DNA of 64,000 nucleotides from a virus, in the IMG/VR virus record IMGVR_UViG_3300032222_000151, positions 1 through 64,000 of that record. One strand, given 5' to 3'. Numbering within the stretch: the first letter of the stretch is position 1; every line of letters begins with the position of its first letter. The notes under the pieces are model-generated. The model was not told the DNA's origin. It did not search any database and saw only the letters and a list, made by a program, of their open reading frames with translations. Position numbers and translations under genes: made by a program. This document shows, piece after piece, positions 1-8,175 of this stretch.

Positions 1-1
1 A

Positions 2-970
2 TTTCGTGAACCTGCTTGGCATGGATTGGGTACCGTATTTACAGAAGAAAAAACAACAAGCGAAATGCTTGCTGCTGCCAATCTAAATAATTGGAATGTT
101 CGTCTGGAAGATTTGGAAACCCCTACACATCTCACAAGCGACAAGGCGTACCAGTATGTCTTGCGTACTAACCCTACTGATAACTCTCAGACCGACATTC
201 TTGGTGTCGTTGGTGAGCGTTACCATGTAATGCAGAATGAAGATTTATTCTCATTCGGTGATAACATTCTCGATGGCGGAGGTCGTTGGGAAACTGCTGG
301 CTCAATCAAGGGTGGTCGTGTCGTATTCGGTGCGTTAGCACTAGAGCGTGAAACTGTCCTAGACCCTAATGGTGTTGCAGATAAGGTAAAAACTTATTTG
401 CTTATCAACACATCACATGACGGCTCAATCGCTATTCAAGCAAGCATTACACCTGTTCGTGTTGTGTGCGCTAACACTCTTAACCTTGCACTAAACACAA
501 CTAAGAAAAAGAATGGTGTCAAGCAATCTTTCAAGATTCGCCACACTCAGACCGCTTCTGGTAAGGTTGCCGTTGCTCGTGAGACTCTTGGCATGGCTCA
601 TAAGTACATGGATTCATTTGACCTCATGGCTAAGGCTATGATTGAGAAGGAAGTTTCTGCTAAGATGTTTAACGACATCATTCTTGCTGCATACCCAAAG
701 CCTGAAAAGGATTCTAAGGGTGCTTTCAAGAAATGGGAAAACAAGGTTGATGTTATCAATGACATCTACACAGGCGAGTTTAACGGAATGATTGCTGGTA
801 ATGCGTGGGGTGCTTTCAATGCACTAACTGAGCGCCTTGATTGGTATCGTTCTGCTCGTGGTGGTTCTAACGAATCTATCCTTGCTTCTGCAAGTGGTTT
901 TGACCCTGCTATCAATGCAGAAAAAAATCGTTTGCTAAAAATTGTACAGAATACTGTGCAACTGGTATAA
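2..970 (+). CDS. DUF932 family (LGT_TIGR03299-like) phage/plasmid protein, 5' partial
   Basis: Frame is open from base 2 (FREPAWHGLG). Motifs AWHGLG, SHDGS, TPVRVVCANTL, IRHT and WGAFNALTE are typical of DUF932. Confidence 0.85.
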   Translation, partial: FREPAWHGLGTVFTEEKTTSEMLAAANLNNWNVRLEDLETPTHLTSDKAYQYVLRTNPTDNSQTDILGVVGERYHVMQNEDLFSFGDNILDGGGRWETAGSIKGGRVVFGALALERETVLDPNGVADKVKTYLLINTSHDGSIAIQASITPVRVVCANTLNLALNTTKKKNGVKQSFKIRHTQTASGKVAVARETLGMAHKYMDSFDLMAKAMIEKEVSAKMFNDIILAAYPKPEKDSKGAFKKWENKVDVINDIYTGEFNGMIAGNAWGAFNALTERLDWYRSARGGSNESILASASGFDPAINAEKNRLLKIVQNTVQLV

Positions 971-977
971 TTAAATA

Positions 978-1003
978 ATCCTGAGCATGATGTAAAACTG
1001 CTC
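978..1003 (+). ncRNA. Compact H-type pseudoknot element, copy 1
   Basis: ATC-CT-GAGCA-T-GAT-GTAAAAC-TGCTC: P1 ATC/GAT, P2 GAGCA/TGCTC. Covaries with copies at 19657 and 22469. Confidence 0.65.
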
Positions 1004-1008
1004 CGCAA

Positions 1009-1082
1009 GGTTCCATAGATCAATTGGTTAGATCGCTACCCTGTCACGGTAGAGGCTACGGGTTCAAGTCCCGTTGGAATCG
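1009..1082 (+). tRNA. tRNA-Asp(GTC)
   Basis: Cloverleaf: acceptor GGTTCCA/TGGAATC, anticodon arm CTACC-CTGTCAC-GGTAG, T arm ACGGG-TTCAAGT-CCCGT. Confidence 0.95.
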
Positions 1083-1202
1083 CAAAAAGTGCACGTGGGA
1101 CAAAAGGTACAAATCGGACATAAAAATGTCATTATAAAAAATCTTTACGAAGATTAATAAAAATCCCCAGAAATATCAAACCTAAAAATCTTTACGATAG
1201 AG

Positions 1203-1231
1203 TTGACATTTCCCCAGTCCTAGCCTATAAT
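1203..1231 (+). promoter_or_regulatory. Consensus sigma70/SigA promoter (leaderless transcript)
   Basis: TTGACA-17 nt-TATAAT, with ATG 6 nt downstream at 1238. Confidence 0.85.
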
Positions 1232-1237
1232 TAGTAT

Positions 1238-1402
1238 ATGACCCAAACAATGAGAACAATAGACGAACTAGTCAATGAGATGTACATGGACAATGAGGCA
1301 CATCTCGAATACATGGAAAATATGAACGGTGGGGATTGTGATTGTAACATCCACACTACCTTAAATACAATAGTCAAATACTGGTGGGATGAGGAGAACT
1401 AA
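1238..1402 (+). CDS. hypothetical protein (54 aa)
   Basis: MTQTMRTIDELVNEMY...; leaderless start; TAATG overlap with the next gene. Confidence 0.7.
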   Translation: MTQTMRTIDELVNEMYMDNEAHLEYMENMNGGDCDCNIHTTLNTIVKYWWDEEN

Positions 1403-1560
1403 TGTTAGGCTATGCTACTACTGATTTAGATGAGATGGTTAGTGCTATTCAGTCTGCTCTAACTACCGTGAATTCTGATGACGACCCTTGGCTATATAAT
1501 AATCTTTGGAAGGCTCAGGAGTTTCTCCAGGGCTTATGGGCAGAAGGGTACTTTGACTAA
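1402..1560 (+). CDS. hypothetical protein (52 aa)
   Basis: MLGYATTDLDEM...LWAEGYFD; GAGGAG SD; coupled TAATG on both sides. Confidence 0.7.
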   Translation: MLGYATTDLDEMVSAIQSALTTVNSDDDPWLYNNLWKAQEFLQGLWAEGYFD

Positions 1561-1775
1561 TGTGGACTAAGTATAACTATCTCTGTACTGACTGTGATGC
1601 AATGATTGAGATTACTACTCAGGCTTATCCTGTTATTGATCCCGCTTGTACTTGCCGTGCCTCATCTCACATAATTTTCCTGGGGGTTGAAGATGGATAT
1701 GACCCTGATGAACCTGTGACTAGTATCACATACACAGAAGTTGTAAAAATCAACACGAACCCGTATAATTTATAG
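1560..1775 (+). CDS. hypothetical zinc-ribbon protein
   Basis: CxxC...CxC; translationally coupled. Confidence 0.65.
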   Translation: MWTKYNYLCTDCDAMIEITTQAYPVIDPACTCRASSHIIFLGVEDGYDPDEPVTSITYTEVVKINTNPYNL

Positions 1776-1776
1776 T

Positions 1777-1944
1777 ATGGACCTAAATACACTTAAAGAA
1801 TATATAAACATACATAAGATATCCCTTGAACAGGATTTAGCCTATGTAGCACAGCATGAGGATAACTCTGACATCATGTGCTCATATCTTGAAGGCTCTA
1901 TTGATGTCTGTACTGACCTATTGGAGTATATCAATGAGCAGTGA
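1777..1944 (+). CDS. hypothetical protein (55 aa)
   Basis: MDLNTLKEYINIHKI...; TATAAT 7 nt upstream (leaderless). Confidence 0.6.
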   Translation: MDLNTLKEYINIHKISLEQDLAYVAQHEDNSDIMCSYLEGSIDVCTDLLEYINEQ

Positions 1945-2233
1945 GTATCCTTTTATACCGCCACATTTGGAAAAGGGTCTAGAGGACCTGTCCATACCAC
2001 TAATAGATTTAATACATGGTCATCTTAAGGTAGCCATGCTTGACGCAGAGCAAGCGCTATCAGAGGCTAAAGAAATTGAAGAAGCCAATGACTACTCAGA
2101 CGCTATGGAATCTATGGAGCGCACCTATGCAGAGGGCTACCTAGAGGCCTTGACAGAACTGTACTGCTTGACCTATAATTTATCTATAGACCGCAAACAG
2201 ATTGAGGAGAACCATGCCAAACTGGGTGTATAA
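1934..2233 (+). CDS. hypothetical protein
   Basis: Start moved to MSSEYPF (GGAG SD upstream); acidic helical protein. Confidence 0.7.
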   Translation: MSSEYPFIPPHLEKGLEDLSIPLIDLIHGHLKVAMLDAEQALSEAKEIEEANDYSDAMESMERTYAEGYLEALTELYCLTYNLSIDRKQIEENHAKLGV

Positions 2234-2846
2234 CTCGTTAGCCGTACAAGGCAATGCTGAACAAATCAAGAACCTAAAGACCCAACTTAATCAACCATTT
2301 TCTGTTACACATGACAGTTGGAACATTGAGACTGGTCAAATGGAAAAGAAGCCCACTACATACAACAACCCTGTCTTTGCTTTTTGGAACATCACTAAGC
2401 CTACTGATTTAGATACATACTTTGGGGAGCAACCTAAGTATGACCCTAACAAACCTATCGCTTTTGATTCAGACCACTGGTACGATTGGAATGTCCGTAA
2501 CTGGGGTACTAAGTGGGATGTAGCAAACCAAGACGGAGACTCTCCATACAATGACACATCCTTAGATGATGATGAAGAAACCTCAGTCATTTATAGTTTT
2601 AATACTGCTTGGTCAATGCCTACCCCTGCTATCAAGAATTTATCATCTCAATACCCCGAACTAATCTTTAACCTGTTTTATGAGGAAGAGACTGGCTGGG
2701 GTGGCGAGGTTGAGATAATGAATGGCAGTATTATTAGAGAAGCAGACTATGAGTCTAAGTGCCCTGAGTGTGACTCTATGGACTGCCTATCCTATGATGA
2801 TGAAAAGGGTGTTGAGGTTTGCTCTCAGTGTGACTACGAGAGTTAA
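2214..2846 (+). CDS. YubB/DUF1281-like ferredoxin-fold protein
   Basis: MPNW start, WYDWNVRNWGTKWD and FNTAWSMP motifs; C-terminal CxxC pairs; GAGGAG SD. Confidence 0.8.
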   Translation: MPNWVYNSLAVQGNAEQIKNLKTQLNQPFSVTHDSWNIETGQMEKKPTTYNNPVFAFWNITKPTDLDTYFGEQPKYDPNKPIAFDSDHWYDWNVRNWGTKWDVANQDGDSPYNDTSLDDDEETSVIYSFNTAWSMPTPAIKNLSSQYPELIFNLFYEEETGWGGEVEIMNGSIIREADYESKCPECDSMDCLSYDDEKGVEVCSQCDYES

Positions 2847-2849
2847 GAC

Positions 2850-2878
2850 TTGACAACCTGCCCCAAAAATGAGATAAT
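2850..2878 (+). promoter_or_regulatory. sigma70-type promoter
   Basis: TTGACA-17 nt-GATAAT with extended -10 TG. Confidence 0.7.
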
Positions 2879-2909
2879 TGTAATACAGACCTAGACCCAA
2901 GGAGATAAA

Positions 2910-3236
2910 ATGCAAGGAATAGTAATTGAAGGCTTAGAATTAGTAGGCACATTTGGAGTAGACTCAGGACAGGCTATGGTTGGCGACCCATGCTATCTTG
3001 ACCAATGGAAAACAAATGTAGGCGAGGATTGGAACCTAGAAGGCAAGGTGGGAGAATACTCCTATCAAGGCGCTAGTGCTACCACAATTGATGATGTTGC
3101 TGGCACACTAGGCGGAGGACTTGCCGTAGTGTTTAGCACAGGCTATGGCGATGGTGCCTATCCTGTTTATGCTCAGTTCAATGAGGACGGACGAGTAGCA
3201 AAGATCGTTATCGATTTCATGGGAGATGACGAATAA
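2910..3236 (+). CDS. DUF4241-like protein
   Basis: VDSGQ...DPCY and FSTGYGDGAYPVY motifs. Confidence 0.7.
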   Translation: MQGIVIEGLELVGTFGVDSGQAMVGDPCYLDQWKTNVGEDWNLEGKVGEYSYQGASATTIDDVAGTLGGGLAVVFSTGYGDGAYPVYAQFNEDGRVAKIVIDFMGDDE

Positions 3237-3382
3237 TGGCAGAATTTAAAGTAGAGGTCATCTTTGAGCCCACTGGTGACTACATGACATTTAGATATGA
3301 AGCAGAGGCAGAAGATGAAGAAGCGCTGCTCAATGAAGTACTAAGTCAACTATCAATCGTATCTTTTAAGGAGCAAGAATAA
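3236..3382 (+). CDS. hypothetical protein (48 aa)
   Basis: MAEFKVEVIFEPTGDYM...; TAATG coupling at both ends. Confidence 0.65.
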   Translation: MAEFKVEVIFEPTGDYMTFRYEAEAEDEEALLNEVLSQLSIVSFKEQE

Positions 3383-3747
3383 TGGGAGCACGGATTAACT
3401 TTGTATTTAAGGATGTTGAAGATGAGGCACATGTAGTCCTCTATAGCCACTGGGGTGAGACCGAATGGCAGCGGGACCTAGCAATGGCCATAAACCATGC
3501 TAAGCCTAGATGGAGCGATGTTGCCTATTTCACCCGCATGGTGATTAGTTATCTTACTCAGGATGATGTCCTTGGTGAGTTAGGGTTTGGTATTTATGCT
3601 ATTACTGGTACCAACTTTGAATTAGGCGAGACCACTGTGGTCATCGATATTGAAAAAGAAACTATCTATGAGGCAGGCAAGGACCTACAGGTCGACTGGC
3701 AGTTATTTATTAATGCATACCTACCAAGTTTAGTTGAGACAGTCTAG
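3382..3747 (+). CDS. conserved phage hypothetical protein
   Basis: MGARINF...LYSHWG motif; AAGGAG SD. Confidence 0.7.
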   Translation: MGARINFVFKDVEDEAHVVLYSHWGETEWQRDLAMAINHAKPRWSDVAYFTRMVISYLTQDDVLGELGFGIYAITGTNFELGETTVVIDIEKETIYEAGKDLQVDWQLFINAYLPSLVETV

Positions 3748-3774
3748 GTATTGGGTCACCTAGATTAATAGGGT

Positions 3775-3815
3775 GGAAGGGGCAGGCGTGGGGCTTGCTC
3801 TTTCCCCCACTTTTT
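3775..3815 (+). terminator. Long GC-rich hairpin, probable intrinsic terminator
   Basis: GGAAGGGGCAGGC/GCTTGCTCTTTCC stem followed by TTTTT. A second hairpin AGTCTAGGT/ACCTAGATT lies just upstream. Confidence 0.5.
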
Positions 3816-3840
3816 GATACAATAGATACAAGGGAGAACT

Positions 3841-4044
3841 ATGCGTATAAGCAAACGAAAAACTGATGAAGAAAGAGTTGCTGACAAACTTGGCAACATG
3901 GTTTCTGACCTCAGAGTTGATTTGGAATTGGTGGGGGAATACTTAGCAAACTCTCAACCTTTTGTCGTGTATAATCGCTTACAAGTAATTGCTGAGTCAG
4001 CCAAAGAAACTAAGGAAGGGACAAACTATGCCAACAAGTTTTGA
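3841..4044 (+). CDS. hypothetical protein
   Basis: AGGGAG SD; 67 aa ORF. Confidence 0.7.
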   Translation: MRISKRKTDEERVADKLGNMVSDLRVDLELVGEYLANSQPFVVYNRLQVIAESAKETKEGTNYANKF

Positions 4045-4282
4045 TAACAAAGCATTGATCCTGGGACAACTATGGATTAACTATAAAGCCGAAGATGAGT
4101 GGATTGATTTCTTTATCTATAACGATTTAGGTTTGCCGCTTGCCTTTGCATATGCTGAGGGTATTGTAAATCATACTACAACTCTTGAGCAGTATATCAA
4201 TGAGACCTGGGATCTATTCCTTGAAGGTTTGGATGCTGTTGATGAAGGGTTTGAAAGTATTGAGGATCTCCTAGACGACTAG
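4028..4282 (+). CDS. hypothetical protein
   Basis: Start at MPTSFDNK; NDLGLPLA motif. Confidence 0.7.
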   Translation: MPTSFDNKALILGQLWINYKAEDEWIDFFIYNDLGLPLAFAYAEGIVNHTTTLEQYINETWDLFLEGLDAVDEGFESIEDLLDD

Positions 4283-4462
4283 CCTGGGCCCGAAAGGGCA
4301 CGTGCCATACTTTTATCAAATTGTCAAACCATAAAATCTTCAAACCAAGACATTACGAACCTCCAAAACCTTCCCCCTCCAGAAGATTACGATCCAAACC
4401 TTATATCCCCAAACCTTATACCATAGATATAAAGGTTTGTCAAACCATGTTATAATGATTAT

Positions 4463-4693
4463 ATGCCAAGAGATCACTTTGCTCAACTATCTAGACAAAC
4501 CTCACATAGACATGACCAACCTCATGATATAGTAACCTTTAATAAAGATATAAGTACTATATGTGGTATGTTGTATTCTATAGTTACTCTTAAGGCTTTC
4601 TTTCCTAAGTCCCCCGCCCCAGAAATGACTAACAATCCTGTTAAGGACGCTGCAAGCGGGGACTCAAAGTATACCCAATTACCCCTATGGTAA
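4463..4693 (+). CDS. hypothetical protein
   Basis: TGtTATAAT-6 nt-ATG leaderless geometry; no recognisable motif. Confidence 0.45.
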   Translation: MPRDHFAQLSRQTSHRHDQPHDIVTFNKDISTICGMLYSIVTLKAFFPKSPAPEMTNNPVKDAASGDSKYTQLPLW

Positions 4694-4808
4694 ATAACAA
4701 ACCATTTATCCTGGTTTTCTAAATATTTCATATAAGTTTATTTAAATAACATTACGATTATCGACAATTTCTCCCTGGTTTTGGGAGATTTTTTTGCATG
4801 AAATGGGC

Positions 4809-4837
4809 TTGACAAACCATACAAGATAGGCTATAAT
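4809..4837 (+). promoter_or_regulatory. Consensus promoter facing the putative origin
   Basis: TTGACA-17 nt-TATAAT; no substantial ORF downstream. Confidence 0.7.
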
Positions 4838-4860
4838 GCCCAAACCATGCATATGAAGGT

Positions 4861-4889
4861 TTGACAGATATGAAGGTTTGTGATACAAT
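4861..4889 (+). promoter_or_regulatory. Second tandem promoter facing the putative origin
   Basis: TTGACA-17 nt-TACAAT with TG extension. Confidence 0.65.
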
Positions 4890-5002
4890 CTGCGCTATCT
4901 GAATTTGGGGATATAAAGGTTTGAGGTTTGGTATTACGAACGCCCCTTATAAAAGCGCTCCCTACTCCACTATCCTCCACTTCACTCCACTTCTAAAGTG
5001 TC

Positions 5003-5049
5003 TAATAATATTATCAGTAAGATTAATCTGTGGATAAACCTGTGGATAA
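5003..5049 (+). promoter_or_regulatory. DnaA-trio array plus tandem DnaA boxes (oriC basal unwinding system-like)
   Basis: TAA TAA TAT TAT CAG TAA GAT TAA (eight NAN trios, 5003-5026), TC, TGTGGATAA (5029-5037), ACC, TGTGGATAA (5041-5049). Confidence 0.7.
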
Positions 5050-5114
5050 CTCTATCAAAACCTCACAAACCAGACATTACGAACCTAACAATATATCTCC
5101 CAAACCTAACAACC

Positions 5115-5123
5115 TGTGGATAA
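5115..5123 (-). promoter_or_regulatory. DnaA box (perfect TTATCCACA)
   Basis: TGTGGATAA on the + strand, same orientation as the two boxes upstream. Confidence 0.65.
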
Positions 5124-5657
5124 CTAAACCACTCTAGGGTCAATCCACCAATCCTCAAATGGATATAGTGGGGAGTTGCATGTAACATTTTCTCTAACTA
5201 ACTCATATCCCAAACCAGATAATAACTCTTTCTGCCTATTCTTGATATCAAGGTTTGACGCACAGTAGTATAAATCATGTTCAAATGTGATAACAGAAAA
5301 CCTGTATTTTTCCAGGGGTAAAGCAAGTAATGCCTTAAGTGAGTTCTCTGCTGGCTCGATGTCTACTTGAAGGTAATCTATCTGCTTAGGCATATCGAGC
5401 ATATAGAACAAGGTCTCATAGTCAAATGTTGTGGCATCTGCCGTATAGCACTTATTAAACCTATTGGCGTTAAACTCATTGGCCCTATCAGGATCTATCT
5501 CAAATGAGACTCCTGTCCAACCATACTCCTTCTCTAGCATATATGTATTACTTATGTCTTTAGAGTGGTATGCTCCTATTTCTACATATACCCCGCTATT
5601 TTTGCCTTTAAGGGTATCTATTACGAACTGATCTTGACCTGCTTGACTGTATCCCAT
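5124..5657 (-). CDS. FkbM-like SAM-dependent methyltransferase
   Basis: YSQAGQD, YVEIGA, SNTY, IDYLQVDIE, ITFEHD, EDWW motifs; leaderless TATACT-6 nt-ATG. Confidence 0.8.
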   Translation of the reverse strand: MGYSQAGQDQFVIDTLKGKNSGVYVEIGAYHSKDISNTYMLEKEYGWTGVSFEIDPDRANEFNANRFNKCYTADATTFDYETLFYMLDMPKQIDYLQVDIEPAENSLKALLALPLEKYRFSVITFEHDLYYCASNLDIKNRQKELLSGLGYELVRENVTCNSPLYPFEDWWIDPRVV

Positions 5658-5686
5658 ATACTAAGTATACCTGATATACTTAAACC

Positions 5687-5818
5687 ATGGAGCCTTTAGG
5701 ATATACACAATCTATGTTAAATGTACTATGCTTTGACTGTGGCGCTATGTATCAAGTGCCCTATGGGACATCTACCCCTACTATGGTTTGTCCTAAATGT
5801 ATTACGAACCCTTCTTGA
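5687..5818 (+). CDS. small zinc-ribbon protein (43 aa)
   Basis: CFDCG...CPKC; TGaTATACT-6 nt-ATG. Confidence 0.6.
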   Translation: MEPLGYTQSMLNVLCFDCGAMYQVPYGTSTPTMVCPKCITNPS

Positions 5819-5849
5819 CATTCCCCGCCAAACCTGAGATAATGGTTTG

Positions 5850-6296
5850 ATGTATGCTAACTGTGGAACCTATGCTGGCTATCGTAAACATCATAATCAC
5901 AAGACTAAACCATGCCTTGAGTGTTTATCTGCAGCAAGTCTATACAACAGGTTGAGATATCAGAAAAACAATCGTGCTCATATAACAGCCAAGTATCGTG
6001 CTTCAAACCTTGATAAGGTAAGAGAGCGAGAGCGATCCAAGAATAGAAGACGCAGAGCAAACATTACGAACCCTTATAATGAATCCCAGGTCATCGCCTC
6101 TTATGGTGATATATGCTACTTATGTGGATTAGGCATTGATCTTCTGGCTCCCCGAAAATGTGGGATAGATGGTTGGGAGAATGGTTTGCACATAGACCAT
6201 GTTTTGCCTATATCTAAAGGTGGGGCTGATGCTTTAGAAAATGTTAGGCCTACGCATGGTTTGTGCAATCTAAAGAAATACGCAAATGTAGGATAG
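5850..6296 (+). CDS. HNH endonuclease
   Basis: CYLC, HIDHVLPISKGG, NVRPTHGLCN. Promoter TTGACA(5815)-17-GATAAT lies 6 nt before the ATG. Confidence 0.9.
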   Translation: MYANCGTYAGYRKHHNHKTKPCLECLSAASLYNRLRYQKNNRAHITAKYRASNLDKVRERERSKNRRRRANITNPYNESQVIASYGDICYLCGLGIDLLAPRKCGIDGWENGLHIDHVLPISKGGADALENVRPTHGLCNLKKYANVG

Positions 6297-6397
6297 TAAC
6301 CACTAGTGCCCGCTTAGGGCATAGGAAGGTTTGTTAACTCTATTTTGCGCCGAACTTTAAAACAAAGAACATAACTGATGTATGATACAATAAAATT

Positions 6398-6973
6398 ATG
6401 CCGAACGAATTTGACACCATATACGAAAACAATAGATGGGGTTATAAAAGCGGACCTGGATCAGACCCAGATCAGGCAAAAGTCTGGATAGATATGGTCA
6501 ACTCATTTCTAGAAAAAGAAGATGTTAAAACAGTCATGGATATTGGTTGTGGCGACTGGAGACTAGGACAAAAGTACAAACTAGACAACAAAACCTATAC
6601 TGGAATCGATATTAGTTCTGTTATTCTAGATGAAACAATGGCCTATAGCACAGATAATGTTAAGTTTATACATGGAGACTTTGAGTTTCTTGATGTTGAT
6701 CCAGTGGACTTAATAATCATAAAGGATGTCCTTCAGCATTTACCCAACTCAAAGGTAATCAATATTGTAAATAAGATTAAAAATCATGCAAGATATGCTT
6801 TATTTTGCGATATGTATATAAAGGTTAATGATAGAGAGTTAAACAGCGATATACCTATGGGAAGAGCCAGGCCTATAGATCTTTCAGAAGATCCATTCTT
6901 TTTTGACTTTGAAAAAATAGACAGATACAATGGAAAACAAATATCTTTATACAGGGAGAAAAGTTTTGAGTGA
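6398..6973 (+). CDS. class I SAM-dependent methyltransferase
   Basis: SGPGS, MDIGCGD, GIDIS, KDVLQHL motifs. Confidence 0.85.
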   Translation: MPNEFDTIYENNRWGYKSGPGSDPDQAKVWIDMVNSFLEKEDVKTVMDIGCGDWRLGQKYKLDNKTYTGIDISSVILDETMAYSTDNVKFIHGDFEFLDVDPVDLIIIKDVLQHLPNSKVINIVNKIKNHARYALFCDMYIKVNDRELNSDIPMGRARPIDLSEDPFFFDFEKIDRYNGKQISLYREKSFE

Positions 6974-7775
6974 AAACACAAAGATTCCTAAAATAATATG
7001 GCAAACACATAATTATGAGCATTCTGATCTTCCAGATCATTTAAAAAAAATATCACAAACATGGAAAAATCTTAATCCTGGTTGGGAATATAGATATGTT
7101 AGCCATACTGAAAGAGAAGACATAATCAAAAAATATCCTATATTGTGGAAGTACTACCCTACTCAGGATGGTGTTTGCCAAGCAGATATCTGGAGATATG
7201 TGGTTACCTATGAGCATGGTGGTGTATATGCTGACATGGACTCTGTATGTACTGAACCCATTAGTTACACATTAAGCAATCTTGAGGACCATGAAATTTT
7301 TGTCTCTACCCCAATTACATCGGATGCACCTATTCAAGAAAAAATAGACATGATGAGATCAAATAATTTTGATGAAGATCATATAAGATTTCGCATAAAA
7401 GTTCAGACAAACAGAAATGGTGTAGAGGTTTATGAATCAGAAAATGGCACAATGATTAGATCCTCAACCACAAAAAGTTCTAACTATGCTGTCAAGAAAA
7501 AATCTAAGATAATGGAGCAGGTTATAAAAGAATCTGAAGATCATTTCATAAAAAGCATCAGCAAAGATATCCCTAGAGTTATGCTATATGTTCCATTTCT
7601 CAATGTAATTCATGGATTGGACAAGGATCCCTTAGTTTCCTTTGAGTTTAATGGATTTTATCATGACGATCTATATAAAACAGGCTTTGATTCAGACTTT
7701 TTGGTTAATGATTACGGAAACATAATAAAATATACTGATTATTTAAAGAAGCACAATCTGCCAATTGCTACATAA
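6966..7775 (+). CDS. DXD glycosyltransferase (GT32/Och1-like)
   Basis: IPKIIWQT, ADIWRY, GGVYADMD. Start is uncertain (TTG 6966 or ATG 6930). Confidence 0.85.
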   Translation: MSENTKIPKIIWQTHNYEHSDLPDHLKKISQTWKNLNPGWEYRYVSHTEREDIIKKYPILWKYYPTQDGVCQADIWRYVVTYEHGGVYADMDSVCTEPISYTLSNLEDHEIFVSTPITSDAPIQEKIDMMRSNNFDEDHIRFRIKVQTNRNGVEVYESENGTMIRSSTTKSSNYAVKKKSKIMEQVIKESEDHFIKSISKDIPRVMLYVPFLNVIHGLDKDPLVSFEFNGFYHDDLYKTGFDSDFLVNDYGNIIKYTDYLKKHNLPIAT

Positions 7776-7803
7776 TAAAGTTGAAATGTGATATAATCTA
7801 TAT

Positions 7804-7929
7804 ATGAATAAATCTAAGTGCTTTTTTTGTGATAAGGATGCAACACATTACGATGTTGTAGTTGACCATGCCGATTATGTGGTTGCCGATGTGTGCTTAG
7901 ATCATTTATCTATGGGTCTCGTCTCTTAG
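7804..7929 (+). CDS. small Cys/His protein (41 aa)
   Basis: CFFC...CLDH; TGaTATAAT-6 nt-ATG. Confidence 0.6.
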   Translation: MNKSKCFFCDKDATHYDVVVDHADYVVADVCLDHLSMGLVS

Positions 7930-7968
7930 AGACTTGACTTTCTGACAGCATCCTGGTATTATTAATAT

Positions 7969-8175
7969 ATGATCAATATGGAAATACCTGATCCATTCCA
8001 AACCTTTGTAGCCAAGAAGTATGCTAACGCCAAGGGTTATGTTCATGACTTCTTTACTGGTGAATGGTCTTATAAGTGTTTATCTTGTAAGGAAGAATTG
8101 ATTGGTCCATCCCGCAAAATTTTGACTAAGATTAGATTGTTTCATACCCGCAATGAGTGCCTTGGAGGATACTAA
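7969..8175 (+). CDS. hypothetical zinc-finger-like protein
   Basis: CLSC...H...C; TTGACT-17-TATTAT leaderless promoter. Confidence 0.7.
   Translation: MINMEIPDPFQTFVAKKYANAKGYVHDFFTGEWSYKCLSCKEELIGPSRKILTKIRLFHTRNECLGGY

Larger units (their letters stand above)
4283..5123. repeat. Largely non-coding repeat-rich region, putative replication origin/control region
   Basis: Multiple ATTACGA(A/T) motifs, CAAACC/GGTTTG in both orientations, triple CTCCACT, DnaA boxes. Confidence 0.7.

Noticed and set aside
978-1003. Pseudoknot as a theta/HDV-like ribozyme or preQ1 riboswitch
   Set aside because: It is too short for the HDV nested double pseudoknot and lies 5' rather than 3' of tRNAs. It lacks the preQ1-I consensus and is not upstream of queuosine genes.
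3788-3810. Loop GTGGG pairing with downstream CCCAC as a pseudoknot
   Set aside because: There is no linker to span the 13-bp stem; a plain terminator-like hairpin is the simpler reading.
4320-5123. Repeat region as a CRISPR array
   Set aside because: Repeats are 6-21 bp, irregularly spaced and in both orientations.
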